Under the pieces are notes generated by a model, which saw only the letters and a list, made by a program, of their open reading frames with translations, had not been told where the DNA came from and did no database searches. From assembly GCA_951406725.2 (NCBI GenBank), contig OX597819.1:41168001-41232000 (forward strand): a stretch of DNA of 64,000 nt, in the 5' to 3' direction. This DNA comes from Octopus vulgaris (Eukaryota). Below are positions 36,938 through 50,893 of the stretch, in pieces (positions within the stretch are counted from its first letter, which is position 1; every line of letters starts with the position of its first letter). Made by a program: the position numbers and the translations under genes.

Positions 36938-37287
36938 TTCTTTATTCTTTTACTTGTTTCAGTCATTTGACTGTGGCCATGCTGGTGCACCACCTTTAGT
37001 CAAACAAATCGACCCCCAGGACTTATTCTTTGTAAGCCTAGTACTTATTCTATTGGTCTCTTTTGCTGAACCCCTAAGTTACAAGGACATAAACAGACAC
37101 ACAAACATATATATATATATATACGACGGGCTTCTTTCAGTTTCCGTCTACCAAATCCACTCGCAAGGCTTTAGTCGGGCTGAGGCTATAGTAGAAGACA
37201 CTTGCCCAAGGTACAACGCAGTGGGACTGAACCCGGAACAATGTGGTTTGTAAGCAAGCTACTTACCACACAGCCGCTCCTATGCCT
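36938..37287 (-). mobile_element. SINE family B
   Basis: Reverse complement of the family B consensus. Confidence 0.85.
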
Positions 37288-37790
37288 ACTTTAATATCAT
37301 TTTAATATTTAACTTAATTCATCATACTTTGCCTTTTCTGTTTTTTTAACTGCTTTTATATATATATATCTCTCTCTCACACACACACACAAATCAAATT
37401 CCAGACTTTGGATGTTACAATCCATACCTCTTAAGACTGATACACGAGTTTAATTTTATTCAGCTACAACAATATTGGTAACACCTAAGAATGGACTCAG
37501 TCAAATGCAAATATTCTTATGCTATGTAGAAAATATATTCAATCACATTAACACATTTTCTAAACACTCATTAGTTTAACAGTGCATCAAATACTTATAA
37601 TGACTCTTTCTGGTAATCATAAGGAATCTGTAACACTTTTCAAATTCTACTGTAGTAGCATTTATTGTAAGAGAAAGACTAATTTCTCAATGAAACCATT
37701 TCAATACATTATTAGATCAAATTATTTCAATACATTATTAGAGTGAGATAATTATTTACAACGTGATTTTCATAATCAAACAGAATCATG

Positions 37791-38297
37791 GGATCTTTTC
37801 CTTTTGATGGACGGAATTTTCTAGTTAACTAAACAATTTGAAACTTCATATACTGGTAGAATGTGTCAAAAGAAAACATTATTTTCACTTGGCAAAACAC
37901 AGAGGGGACAAAGCATGAGATACAAAAGTATTAAGTTGATTCTATCGACACCAGTGCGAACTCACGAACGTGTATGTATGCTTGTGTGCATATGTGTGTG
38001 TATGTATATCTCCGTTTGTATGTGTGTGTACACTTATATATTAATTACTATGTGCTTGTGCAAATGTACATGCATGTGTTTGAGAGAGAGAGAGAGTGAC
38101 AGAGTGTGTGTGTGCAAGTGTACGTGTGTATGTATCTGAATATATGTGTGTGTGAGATACTTTTGTATCTCATGCTTTGTCCCCTCTGTGTTTTGCCAAG
38201 TGAAAATAATGTTTTCTTTTGACACATTCTACCAGTATACGAAGTTTCAAATTGTTTAGTTAACTAGAAAATTCCGTCCATCAAAAGGAAAAGATCC
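37791..38297. mobile_element. Merlin-like MITE with about 140-bp near-perfect TIRs
   Basis: GGATCTTTTCC...GGAAAAGATCC; TSD GAATCATG/GAATCGTG; TIR shares CACATTCTACCAGTATACGAAGTTT with the 27502 family. Confidence 0.88.
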
Positions 38298-38863
38298 GAA
38301 TCGTGCTCTATCTATTTAAGGACAATTAGGATCTCAAGATGCAAATTCACTCTTAATAGAAAAATTTTTTTTTGTGACTACTCCACTTTCATTCTTACTA
38401 TTATCTTGACACTAGTTTCACACATTACAATCTTATTAATAACTAATAATCTTCCTTCAATTATAATTACTGAAAGACGAATCCATCAATCCCTTACTAA
38501 CAATTTAAACATTGGGACACTAATGATAGTGAGGCTGTAACCTCATTGCAGTCAGACAAGCCTGGAAGGTGAAATTTTATTTCTATTTAGATGACACAAG
38601 AACTGCATTAAAACATCAAGGATATCATGTACATTAACATCATGGTTTTTTTGCAGTTGTGTTTCTACAACAAAAGCTAAAAAGTTCACCTATCAAGCAA
38701 AATGGTTGGCAACAAGGTTGCATTACGGTTAGGTGAAACTGTTCCCACTAAACACAAATCCTTCATTTACAGACCTACATCCCTCAGCAACCAGCTAGTT
38801 GCTCAGTTTTCCTTCAAATTACAAACTAAACACTAACTGCCTGAACATTTCTTTATAATAGCA

Positions 38864-38906
<43 letters not shown>

Positions 38907-38907
<1 letters not shown>

Positions 38908-39100
38908 CTTTTTCTACTCTAGGCACAAGGCCTGAAATTTTGGGGGCGGGGGCCAGTCGATTAGATCGACCCCAGTGTGCAACTGGTACTTAATTTATCG
39001 ATCTCGAAAGGATGAAAGGCAAAGTCGACCTTGGCGGAATTTGAACTCAGAACATAGCAACAGATGAAATACTGCTAAGCATTTCGTCCGGCATGCCAGC
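38907..39100 (-). mobile_element. SINE family A with (TTA)n tail
   Basis: Family A central domain. Confidence 0.8.
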
Positions 39101-40163
39101 TTACATTGATGATGATGAAATTATTTTGTATAGTGTTCAGTTGCTCTACAATGCATCAAAGGTGCATGTACAGTACATAGAATTATGTACAAAAGTCAAG
39201 AAAGTGAACAGTGTATGAATCATGATATACATGTGTGCATGCATATGGAGAGGGGGATATCAGGTGTAGTGTTGCCGAATTTCAGGAAGCATGGAGGTTT
39301 TAAAGGATGCAAGGTCTCAGCAACGAACAACTGATGCAGGTAGCTTGTTCCATGCTTTTAGGTTCCATGTCTACAAGTGTTGATGTTCGTGTGTCTTCAT
39401 CTCCTCCTGTCTCATTAATATGTTAGCAAGTTAATGGTCCTGCCTTTCTGTAAGGTCATCAAGCATCTTCACTCTGTCCTCTCCAGTTTCCTTTTTCTCT
39501 TTCCCAGTTGTCACAAGGTGTTCAAGGTTTTTGTCATCTCATATGATGTCTGTTGCTGGCTTATGTGCTAATAAATTTATCTGGTAGTTTCTGGGGCAAT
39601 AGAATGTGAGCCAGCTAACGCTAAATCCACGTCAAGAAGAACCTAAAAAAGGGTCATGGGACTAATCTTCAGATTAACCCTTTATCTGCCCTGTTTATTA
39701 CAAGTGATACACAGGACATATTTCCCTGGCATCATAATTTGATACACGTTCCACAGTTTTTACAACCACCACAGTAACTAGGGACTTATGAAAGAAAAGC
39801 TTTATATTACCTAGAACATATACATCAAAGGTCAGAGTGTGTCTGTGGGTGCGTAAGTATGTGTGTATATATACGGATACACACACATACACACACATAA
39901 AGCAAGATGGTTGGCAACAAGGTTGCATTACAGTTAGGTGAAAGTGTTCCCACTAAGCTGAAATCCTTCATTTCCAGACTTACACCCCTCAGCAACCAGC
40001 AAGTTACCCAGTTTTTCTTCAAACTACAAACTAAACATTAACTGCCTGAATATCACAATCATCATATGTGACGCACAGGACACTTGACTGATAATACAAG
40101 GCATCAAGAAACCTTTATCTACCAACTAAAATAGTATCAACACATATTACCCATCAACTTCAA

Positions 40164-40470
40164 TGGAGAAGTTCTTAAGCAGATCAGGCCGAAAATGTCG
40201 CTAGAAGCTAGGATCACCAAGCATAGATTGGCATATTTCGGTCATATTATGCAGAGAAAATCCCTGGAGAAGGACATCATGCTCGGAATGGTCAGTGGCA
40301 AGAGAGGAAGAGGCCGACCAAGAACCCGCTGGTTTGATACCATCAAGAGGGATATCGGAATGGACATAGCCAATCTGAAAGAAGCGGCCCAGGATAGAAC
40401 TGACTGGAGGACACTGATCCAACGAGTGACCGAGAGTCGACTTCGACTGAGCGGATAGATAGATAGATAA
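40164..40470 (+). mobile_element. RTE-clade LINE 3' end
   Basis: Translation RLAYFGHIMQR..LEKDIMLG...GKRGRGRPRTRWFD..DRTDWR is the typical RTE ORF C-terminus; (GATA)n tail. Confidence 0.88.
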
Positions 40471-41502
40471 AGTAAATTAATCACTCATAACTAAAAGTCT
40501 GAAAACAAGTATGGACATTTGGGACAAACTTATGAATATGCTCTGGACAGGCAAAGGGTTAAAAAAAGTAACTTAATAGATAAATAAAACTATGAAATAC
40601 AACCTGTGTTAAAAGCTACAGAAACTAGCTGTTAAAAAAACAAAAAATGCATTTTCTCAAAATATCTGAAAGCATTTTCTACTTAGTTAACCTTCAAAGC
40701 TTCTTTGTCTAGTAGTCAACACAAATTAAATATCTTGCATCAAAGAATACCATGGTATCTGTTATATTTAAATCTGTTTATTAATTTAAAATTTAATCAT
40801 AACGACAGAAAACAAGTATTAAGTAACAAATCAAGACTGACTTCCTGTTCTTTTCCATTAATTTCGGTTGCTAATATATAATTATTTTAATGAGTTGCTG
40901 GCATGTAATTACTTGAGTAAGTCACTTTGACAGAACTTATTTTTTCCATTTGATTAAAAGTGTATTACTTATAATTGTGGCAAGTTTTATTAAGTTTTTC
41001 CTTACATCATATTATCAAAGGCTTTTGAAATTTTGATCAATGTGAAGTAATTTATATATACATATACATTATACACACACACATGCACACATGTGAATAA
41101 GCATGTAAGCGTATGTATATAAAACATACAGATATATCTACATATGCACACACACACACATTCTTTAATCCTGTTGCTATGAGGAAACATACACTGTGCA
41201 CTCTATACAGTGTTTGGTATCTAGCCATGGAAATCATACCAAATTTAGAAACGTCCTCTGACCCAACAAGAATGGCAGTAAATCCAAATAAAAACAGACT
41301 CAGGAATGACTTTTTAGACCTCTGCTAGTATTGAAGATGGACATAGGATGATGATGATGATACAGATATTTATTAATAAAAGAACTACACAGTAATGGAA
41401 TAATGAAAAACCCTCAATGGTAAAATTGTAGACATGTTGCCAACACTTGCACTATTATGCAAATTAGAGCAGGCCAATGAGGTTCTGTCTGTGTGTGCAT
41501 AT

Positions 41503-41807
41503 ATTATCGCGTGATCACGTGACCGACCAGACCATCAGATGTTGCTACAAATCACTGGTCACAATGCGTTCGCATTGTTTTAGCCTTCGAACGACACCAC
41601 CCCGCTGGCTAAGCAAGCAGGCCAACAGAAGAAAGAGAGAAAGAGTGGTGAAAGAGTACAGCAGGGATCACCACCCCCTGCCAGAGCCTCGTGGAGCTTT
41701 TCGGTGCTTTAGCTCAATAAACACACACAACGCTCGGTCTGGGAATCGAAACCGCGATCCTACGACTGTGAGTCCGCTGCCCTAACCACTGGGCCATTGC
41801 GCCTCCA
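41503..41807 (-). mobile_element. SINE family C
   Basis: GGAGGCGCAATGGCCCAGTGGTTAGGGCAGCGGACTC head on the minus strand. Confidence 0.85.
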
Positions 41808-41992
41808 CGCATATATTATATACAACTATAAGCCATTATGCTGTTGTGGACAGAATTGAGTAACTGAACTTTGATAAGCAATTAAATATAAAGTAATTAG
41901 CTTGACCCTTTAGCATTTAAACCGGCCATATCCAACCAAAATAATCTACCTGTTTTATCTTCAAACTGACCATATCTGGCCTATTATACCTA

Positions 41993-42220
41993 TTTCTTTA
42001 TTACCCACAAGGGGCTAAACACAGAGGGGACAAACAAGGACAGACATAGGTATTAAGTCGATTATATCGACCCCAGTGCGTAACTGGTACTTAATTTATC
42101 GACCCCGAAAGGATGAAAGGCAAAGTCGACCTCGGCGGAATTTGAACTCACAACGTAACGCAGACGAAATACCGTAAAGCATTTCGCCCGGCGTGCTAAC
42201 GTTTCTGCCAGCTCGCCGCC
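41993..42220 (-). mobile_element. SINE family A inserted in a piggyBac-like MITE
   Basis: TSD TATTATACCTA at 41982-41992 and 42229-42239. Confidence 0.88.
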
Positions 42221-45200
42221 AATAAATATATTATACCTACCCTACGTAGTCATTCTGAAAAGAAGCAATCACATCATTGAAATCTCTAAGCTACAAGGTA
42301 ATGTCTGTCTAATTCAAATCAATCATCATCATCATCATCATTTAACGTCTGTTTTCCATGCTGGCATGGGTTGGACAGTTAGACTGAGAACTGGTAAGCT
42401 GGGGAGCTGCACCAGGTTCCAGTATGAATAGATAAGCATTACATTCGACAGTGACAACCGAATGCTAAAGGGTTAAGCTTTTTATCTGATTACTAAGGGT
42501 GGGAGGAAAACTTGCGATTAACCAGTGTCTTCATTTTCAGTCAACTATTTTATAAACACACACACACACACATATATGGAAAGAGAGAGAGAGAGAGACA
42601 TTTACACACACACATACAGTATGGCAGCAGATTTGTTGCTAAGCAATGAGGATTTAATTATTTGATCAACTGAATTACCTGCTACTGTAATAATGTGCAA
42701 GTGGTTAAGCAGTCTAAAAATATATGTACTCTTAACATAATTATCAGGCAGAATTCGTATAACATGATGCATGACATGGATGTACCTTGTAAATTACAGG
42801 TAAAATCCACTTGACTGACTTCTATACAGTTTCTGTCAACCTGATTTCACCTTCAAGGCTATAGAAAATGACATTTGCTCAAGATACCATGCAGCAGGAT
42901 TGAACCTGGGATATTATGATCATGAAGCAACTTCTCAATTCAACCATGCTGCCCTTACACATGTGATATATATTAAGTGGCTGGCTGACAGAGTCATTAG
43001 GACAGCAGATAGAATGTGATGCAATATGTACTTTGGTTCTGTGTGAACTGAGTTCAGAACCTAACACGGTCAGCTTTGATCCTTTTGGGGTTGGTAAATA
43101 AAGTACCAGCCTCATTCTGGTGCAGCCCTTTCTCCTTGCCCTCTCTTCCCATTCTGGATGTTCTACTGGATTGAGTGTAGCAGAAGGTCTGAGAGGGTAC
43201 TTGAGGCTGCTCATAACTTCATGGACACCTAAAACCATTCATGACAGCATGACAGAAGCTTATAACATGCCCTCTTTAATTGTGCGTACTGGTTGAAATA
43301 TGCATACATGTGTATGGTGACCACAAAGATTTTTGATCCTTGTAACTTGTGACAGTATTGACTCCACCTTTCGTGTTGAGCAAATTTGAATCTGTCATGA
43401 AGTGTCCCAGTTATTTTGGCCTATACTTTAGCATGGTTTCTTTCCCATTTCCCCTGTAATCAAACCAAATAAAGCTATAAGCATACTAAACAAACACAAT
43501 TTTGTTTTACTACTTGCTCTGCTTTTTTTCCCTTCTGTTTGCAAATCACTGTTCTGCTATCCTTCCTTAGTTAACTGGCAACCAGGAAAGATATCCACCT
43601 CCACTGGAAGCACCATACACTCCCATTTTTGTATGTTACACGACTCCCTGAGTCCTTCATACTTTAGGTGCTTCCTTTCATCATCATCATCAACTGCTTT
43701 CCATGCTGGCATGGGTTTGACAGTTCAACACGGAGCTGTCCAAACTCCAGTTATCTGTTGAGGCATGGTTTTAACAGCTGGATGCCCTTCCTAACACCAA
43801 CCACTCAACAGTGTGCTGGGTGCTTTTTATGTGCCACCAACATGGATGTGTTTATGCAGCAGCAGCAGCATGGGAACATTATTACAGCACCAGCACAGGT
43901 GCTTTCTAAGTGGTACTGGCACCAGAAAGGACATACCTGTATGTGTGGAAGACAGCGATTTCACCTATTGCTTTACTAAAGCACCATCAGCTGAACAATC
44001 AAAAGGCTTTTCTTATGTCGAGCCATGTCAAAAGAACAGGACGTTGCTTGGTTTATTGCAACATGGCTTGAGAAGATGAGTATTTCTTCTAGCTCCACAT
44101 ACCCCTCTCAGTCAACAGCATCATTTAGGAGGCAGAGTTTTGCATTCTCTATACCTACTCGTTCTGCATTTTCATGCATTCCCCCATGGAAAACAACAGG
44201 GTGCAGCCTGATGTTGGTTCTGACTGCACTGATGCTGTTGCATGCATAGTTGTTCTTCTGCATCAGCAAGGATATTCAAGACACATCCAGATATGCTCTT
44301 GAACAGGTGTAATATATACTGTCAATGAGGCAGAGCCTTCACACCAAACACAATTTCCAATGTTACTTCAGCCTTGCTGTTTACCATTGGTTGGAGATGG
44401 AAGCACATCAAATACTAAACTCAGGAGGAATTTCAACCCAACTGGTTCCATTCTCTGATAACTTATTTTACTCAGTAATTTCCTATGATGCCTATATGCT
44501 TCTGTTTCGTAGTACTGTGATTTAGTAGCGTGCACTTTCTCTTTGATCTGACAAATTTCTCTGGTTAGAATATCTTGCCTGCCCTTGTTAGAGAAGAGGG
44601 GCCGACTGTTCATCAGCAAATGCATGTACAAAAAGTACAAACTTTTTTGAGGGAAGGGGGTTGGCAGTTACCCATGCATGCAAGTCTCTCCTCATCATCC
44701 ACTAATGTTTGTCCAAATGACCAGTATCATTGTAAGCATTGCTGTCAAAAATGCAAACAACTAAAACAGATACTGCACACATGGTTCTGGGCTCAATCCT
44801 ACTGTGTGGTACCTTGGGCAAGTGTCTTGTACAATAGCCTTGAGCCAACCAAAACCTTGTGAGTGGATCTCTGCTTACTAATTTTCTAGTCTTGCCTTCA
44901 AAAAGATTTAGTGTTTATAACTCATCCTTCCCACTCCAAGAGAAGACAAACAAGTTTAAAAGCCAAAAGATCATGACATTCACCAAGCTAAGTAGAATCA
45001 GCTTTGGCACAGTTACAGCACTACATGTCTGAGTCAATAGTAAGACTAACGACCTAGCAGCAAATAGATTTGGCAATTAATGTATAAAGTAAATTGTGTA
45101 AGACACTACAAAATCTCACAAAGTTTTGGGAAATGGTCACATTTGAATGCTTTGGATGATATGCCTTCTCACACAGAATTGACTAAAAGCTAAACAACAT

Positions 45201-46352
45201 CAGATTATTTACAAAGTGATGAGGCTAATGTTAGAAATAGCAGCTAAATCTCCTTCCTATGAAACCCAAATGTCTTAGAAAAGGGAAGAACATACAAGAG
45301 AAAGTAGTTCAAGATCAAAGTGTCTGAAACAATGTGGGATAACATATCGCATTAGATAACTTTGTTACAACTTATGGCCAAATCTACACCAGATGGTTTA
45401 TTCTGGGTACTGACTGATACATTAACAATCTGGTATCTGCAGAATCTAGGAGTTTAAATTTGTGCCAGTATGGTAGTCTTAAAGAATTTTATGAATAAAA
45501 TCACTTTCAACCCCCAAAGAATTAACAGTACAAAGTCAATGTATAGCAATGAGAAAAAAAAACAAAAAAGATTTTAATGTTTTGGACAATTTGTCCTTTG
45601 TCAAGAAAGATAAAAAGAAAAGCACTTCTGCTGAAGCAAAAAAAAAAAAGAAAGAAAGAAAGAAAGCTAGTGGAACACCATACAATTTTGTTATCATGCA
45701 AATATCTTTTTTACATTCCCACCAAGACCAGAATTCTTGTTTTCTACTCATCTAGTATGACAAAGGACAAATTGTTTTAAGCATTCATACCACTTTCTTC
45801 TTTTTCAACAGCCTCAAACATTTACTTTGTATTATTGGATTTGTCATGTTTATTTCTAATAAATTTAATTTTTTTCCTTTGATTTTTCTCATAAAATTCC
45901 TATGATACACATAAAAACATCTGGATTAAAAGAGCAGGAATAATTGTATAACCATACTATTGAAACTGAACTTTGTTGAAATAAAAATTCTTTAATTCTA
46001 AAAGCTGTATACCTTCTTGATAGCTTATAAATTGTTTTAAGCCAAAGGTTAGAAATACTTCCTAGAAAGACTACAAAATTGTTGAACTGTCAAAACAGAT
46101 TTATATCAACATGCATGCATGTGCTTGCATATGTGTGTGTGTATACATACACACACAAGCATATGTAGATATGTATGTATATAAACACATTTTAACTTCT
46201 CAAATGCCATGATAAAGTGCATTCAATACACTCTAGTAAGTGACTAGCGACAGAGAGGGCATCTGGTCATAGAAACCAAGCCAAAATGAAACTTTCAGGT
46301 GAAACGTGATCTTCTAATGTATACTGGCAAAAAGTAGTCATAAAATGATGAT

Positions 46353-46384
<32 letters not shown>

Positions 46385-46388
46385 ATAT

Positions 46389-46805
46389 CAGGGAGTATAT
46401 CCAAACTTACAGGGAAAAATTAAATTTAGGATTAAATCAAATTTCACAGTATAAATATAAATTAAATTAGAGATAAAACCACTATTACGCAACTCAAACA
46501 GTGACAGACATAAACCAAAACATAAAAAACAAAAAATAAATATAATTAATATAATATACAATATATATATAAAATATAAAATTTTAAATTTAAATTATTA
46601 AAATTTTAAATTTTGAAATTTATATTTATAAATTTTTATATTTTTTAAATATAAATTCAAATTTTAATAATTTAAATTTTAAATTTTATATATATATATT
46701 GTATATTATATCAATTATATTTATTTTTTGTTTTTTATGTTTAGGTTAATGTCTGTCACTGTTTGAGTTGCCTAATAGTGATTTTACCTCTAATTTAATT
46801 TATAT
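46389..46805. mobile_element. Shorter member of the 7818 fold-back family
   Basis: Same AGGGAGTAT..ACTTACAGGGAAAA leader followed by an inverted repeat of about 175 bp; embedded in (TA)n. Confidence 0.7.
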
Positions 46806-47201
46806 ATATATAAAATTTCATGAGCAAAAAAACTATAAGCCGATACAGAAATTATATATAATTTTTATTTCAAACTGATATTGACCCTAAGTCCATATTT
46901 TACTTCTATATGATGTTCTATTTCTATAACCCTATTGCTTAGGTTCACAAACACCCTTTCAGGCCCATGCACTGATTTCCAAAAAAAAAAATAATAACAT
47001 GGATCCAGCAGTTATCAGCTTGTTAGCCCTTCTCTCCAATATTCATCCTACCAACATAGACAATCTTCCATCATCATAACACTCTTTCTCAAATCCAACA
47101 ATAATTCTATGTAAATTCGAAATTGTAGTAATCTAAATTAACATTCAAAGTATTGAAAAATAAATAGTCATCAAGAAATTATGGAAGAAATTTCAAATTC
47201 C

Positions 47202-47615
47202 GGATCTTTTCGGTTTGACTGGCAGTTTTTTCTAGTGGTGTCATATGAAATTGTCACCCATAATTATGACCCCAGTATTGATCTATTGCATTTCAATCTG
47301 TTTTAGGGTTAGGGTGGGGGGAAGGGTATCTTTTTTTCTTCACAAATGTAAATAAACCCAATCTGTTTCTTAAACGGGGGACATATTCATACGGTACAGA
47401 ATATTTTTTTACCTCAATAGACGTCAGTGATTGGTTGAAATTGCAGAAATTGAAGAAGAAAAAAACAACAAATATCTTACAAACTATAGAATTTTCTCAA
47501 TAAAGCCAAGAGAAAAAGATGTTTTATAAACACATTCTACCAGTATACGAAATTTAAAAGTGTTTAGTTACGTGGAAATTATTTTTAAAAACTGCCGTTC
47601 AAACCGAAAAGATCC
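47202..47615. mobile_element. Merlin-like MITE, copy 2
   Basis: Highly similar to 27502-27899; TSD CAAATTCC/CAAATTGC. Confidence 0.85.
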
Positions 47616-48024
47616 CAAATTGCAACGTAAGAATCAACATCAGAGATTAATTCATCAGCTGAGGCTGTCTTTTAAAACATTACAGTCCAACAGTAGGCAG
47701 TACCAAATTCAAATTATCTGTTGAGGAAGAAGTAAAGTAAAATCCAGGGGAGAAAACTCTGCTGTGCGTTCCTATTTAATTCTACAGGCCAATAAGAATT
47801 AATACGGCAAGCTAGGGGATTACACGTTAACCATGCAGTGTTGTAGGCGTATGCATGGCTGCGTGGTAAGAAATTTGTTTCTTAAGCACATAACTTGGGT
47901 TCAGTCCCATTTTGTGGCTTCTATAATTGTACTGGGTCAGCCAAAGCTTTGTGAGTAGATTTGGGAGACAGGAACTGAAAGAAGCCCATTTTGTGTGTGT
48001 GTGCGTGTGTGTGTGTGTGTATGC

Positions 48025-48935
48025 ATAATAATAATAATAATAATAATTGTGTACAGTGCTCAGGTGCACTGCAACTCATCTAAAGTGTATATATAATCAG
48101 GTGTAGTTTCGACGGATTTCGGAAAGCACGAGGGCCTTAAAGGATGCAGTGTCATGGCAGTCAACAACTGACGTAGGCAGTTTATTCCATGCTTCAGCAA
48201 CTCTGAGCGTGAAAAAATGTTTCCGAAAGTCATGGGAGCTGTGTTGTTTTCTGACTTTGTACATGGAGTTCAAAAAGGTGTTCAGTGTTGTTGTTGATGA
48301 GGTGGTTGATAACTTTGTGGGTGTTTACCAAGTCCGTCGCCAGACGCCGGAGCTTCAGTGAATCCATGCCCAGGGAAACAAGGCGCTCAGAATATGGTAG
48401 GTGTCTGATGGAGGATATGCATTTGGTTGCACGTCTCTGAACAGATTCCAGGAGGTCAATGTTCTGAGCAAGATAGGGGTTCCAAACTGATGATGCGAAT
48501 TCCAAGTGTGGTCGTACTATAGCTGTATACAGTTTTAAATAGATGGCTGGAGAGCGGCTAACAAAAGTCTTGCTGAGTGATGCCAAGACACCCTCGGCCT
48601 TCTTGACAATTTTAGAGATATGCTTTGTCCAACGCAAATCACTGCTGACAGTGATGCCTAGGTCACGCTCGCAAGAGGATTTCTTGATATCAGTGTTGTG
48701 GAGGGAGTATGTAGACGCAGGGTTTTTTCTCCCAAAATGCATGGTGGTACACTTGTCCACAGCCAGTTTCAGTTGCCAGTCTGTGATCCATTGCTGCATT
48801 GTGTCTAGGTCTGATTGCAGGAAAGAGTTGTAGACATCAGGATCTGTCCTCTTGATTTCAAGGTACAGCTTGATGTCGTCTGCATATTTCAATACTGTGG
48901 CATTCTTTAAATTGGCATCTATGTCATTAATGTAT
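48025..48935 (-). mobile_element. 5'-truncated CR1-like LINE with reverse transcriptase remnant
   Basis: ORF 48230-49012 contains YINDI..KYADDIKLY, LQSDLD..W, ERDLGI, RPHLEF...WNP and LESVQRRATK; (TTA)n tail. Confidence 0.92.
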
Positions 48936-50345
48936 GCCACACATTTGACTTCATGCGGTAGTTGTAAGAGAGTGTCACCATCATGCAAGCGGTCAATCTT
49001 CCCTGCAAACACGTTTGGTCATAGGGAAATATCTCTTTACATGGAAACAGGTAAGAGTTGGCAAGAGGAAAAGCATCCAGCCATTAAAAATACACCTAAA
49101 AAGATTCTATTTGACCCATGCAAACATGGAAAACTGGGCTTTAGAATGATGATGATGAAGTTCTTATTGTGTACATCAGCTAACCTTTGCACAAAGATTA
49201 AGGAATGAATTTTACAATATAAGTTTGGGCATCATGAAGTGAGATGTGAATTTCAGGTGCTTAACACTCTTCTCTTCAATTCTCCAAAAAAAACGAGTTC
49301 TACTTCAAACATTAGAATTCATTCCTACAGTGCAACACTTTAGGCAGGCGCCTTCTGTTATATCTAATGTCCTGAGAGGAATTCAATAGAAAGAGACTGG
49401 AAGCAGCCTGTTGTGTGCACACACATATGCACTTATATATCATCATCATCATCATCGTCATTTAACATCCATTCACAATGCTAGCATAAGTTGGAAGGTT
49501 TGACAGGGAGGCTTCACTGTCTGTTTTGGCAGGGCTTTTTTTTTTAAAGCTGGATGCCCTTCCTAACACCAACCACCTTACACATACATATATATGCATA
49601 TGAGAGACAGACAAACAGACAGACAGCAGATGGATATAGATTTGTGCATGACCTGCCATGCCTTGACATGTGTGATGATTGTAAACAAACATTGTTTGCA
49701 TCATCATCATCGTTTAACGTCCGTTTTCCATGCTAGCATAGGTTGGATGGTTCAACTGGGGTCTGGGAAGCCCGAAGGCTGCGCCAGGCCCAGTCTGATC
49801 TGGCAGTGTTTCTACAGCTGCTGCAACCTTGCATAGGCTTCTGAGCAGGTATCACCATGACAACTTTCTTTGTCATGGTCAAAGTATGTCCAAGGTGCTT
49901 GTTATTCATTAAACTAAGGGAAATGTTACCTTATATAGGGGTTGGTAACAAGAGGAGTGTCCAACTGTAGAAATATCTGCTTTAACCAAGTTACCGTCTA
50001 ATCCATGCAAGTATGGAAATTTGGACATTAACAGAATAATGCTGACTAGCATGTATAACAGCATGGACTAGCTTAGTTTTAGTTAAGCATCTATCTGGAA
50101 CATAGAGATGGCAGATATTTTCCAGTAATGAGGTCTGAACCAGCAACCCTTTGGCTGGTAGTCCAACAATTTAATGATCAGGATATCTGTAACTCTCCTG
50201 CAATGTGATGTAACCAGTAATAATTTATATTGAAAGGGTTTCTGGCTCAACAAGGTAAAAGAATATGTTACATTAGTGTAATTAATGAAGATCTTTCCAG
50301 GTTGTGAAAACAATACATATTTCAACAGAAATATGGTAACAAAAA

Positions 50346-50670
50346 GGAGGCGCAATGGCCCAGTGGTTAGGGCAGCGGACTCGTGTTCGGAGGATCGCAG
50401 TTTCAATTCCCAGACCGGGTGTTGTGTGTGTGTTTATTGAGTGAAAACACCTACAAGTTTCATGAGGCTCCGGCAGGTGGGGTGGGGGATGGAGGGCGGC
50501 GAACTCTTTCGCCCCAACTTTCTTTCACTCTTTCTTCCAGTTTCTTGAGTAACGCTACGATGGACTGGCATCCCGTCCAGCTGGGGGGAACACATACGCC
50601 ACAGAAACCTGGCCCATGAACTGGGCCCATGAGCCTGGCTAGGCTTGAAAAGGGCGCATAAATAAAATAA
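50346..50670 (+). mobile_element. SINE family C
   Basis: tRNA-like head and (TAAAA)n tail. Confidence 0.82.
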
Positions 50671-50808
50671 AAATGGTAACAAAAGGGTTAATATATTCTA
50701 AACAAAACAATGATACACTCTAAACTTCCTAGCATATATTTAGGAGAAATAAAATCTTTACAAATGAACAGACAAGAAACAAGGACATTAACAGATCTAG
50801 TTGTTTAC

Positions 50809-50893
50809 CTTGGCACTTAACTCCTTGAGCAATTAGTCCCCACATAAAGTTGGCACAGTAATCACACCAGTGTAGTCCAATGAAATTTTGCAC
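50809..50893 (-). CDS. CHN1: Chimaerin exon, C1 core ([28 protein letters not shown])
   Basis: Acceptor tttcag|G, donor G|gtaaac; 85 nt, phase 0-1. Confidence 0.96.

Noticed and set aside
36675-37253. 192-aa plus ORF
   Set aside because: Second half is an antisense family B SINE; no domain
50346-50420. tRNA gene
   Set aside because: tRNA-like head continues into a SINE body seen in three copies; no complete cloverleaf
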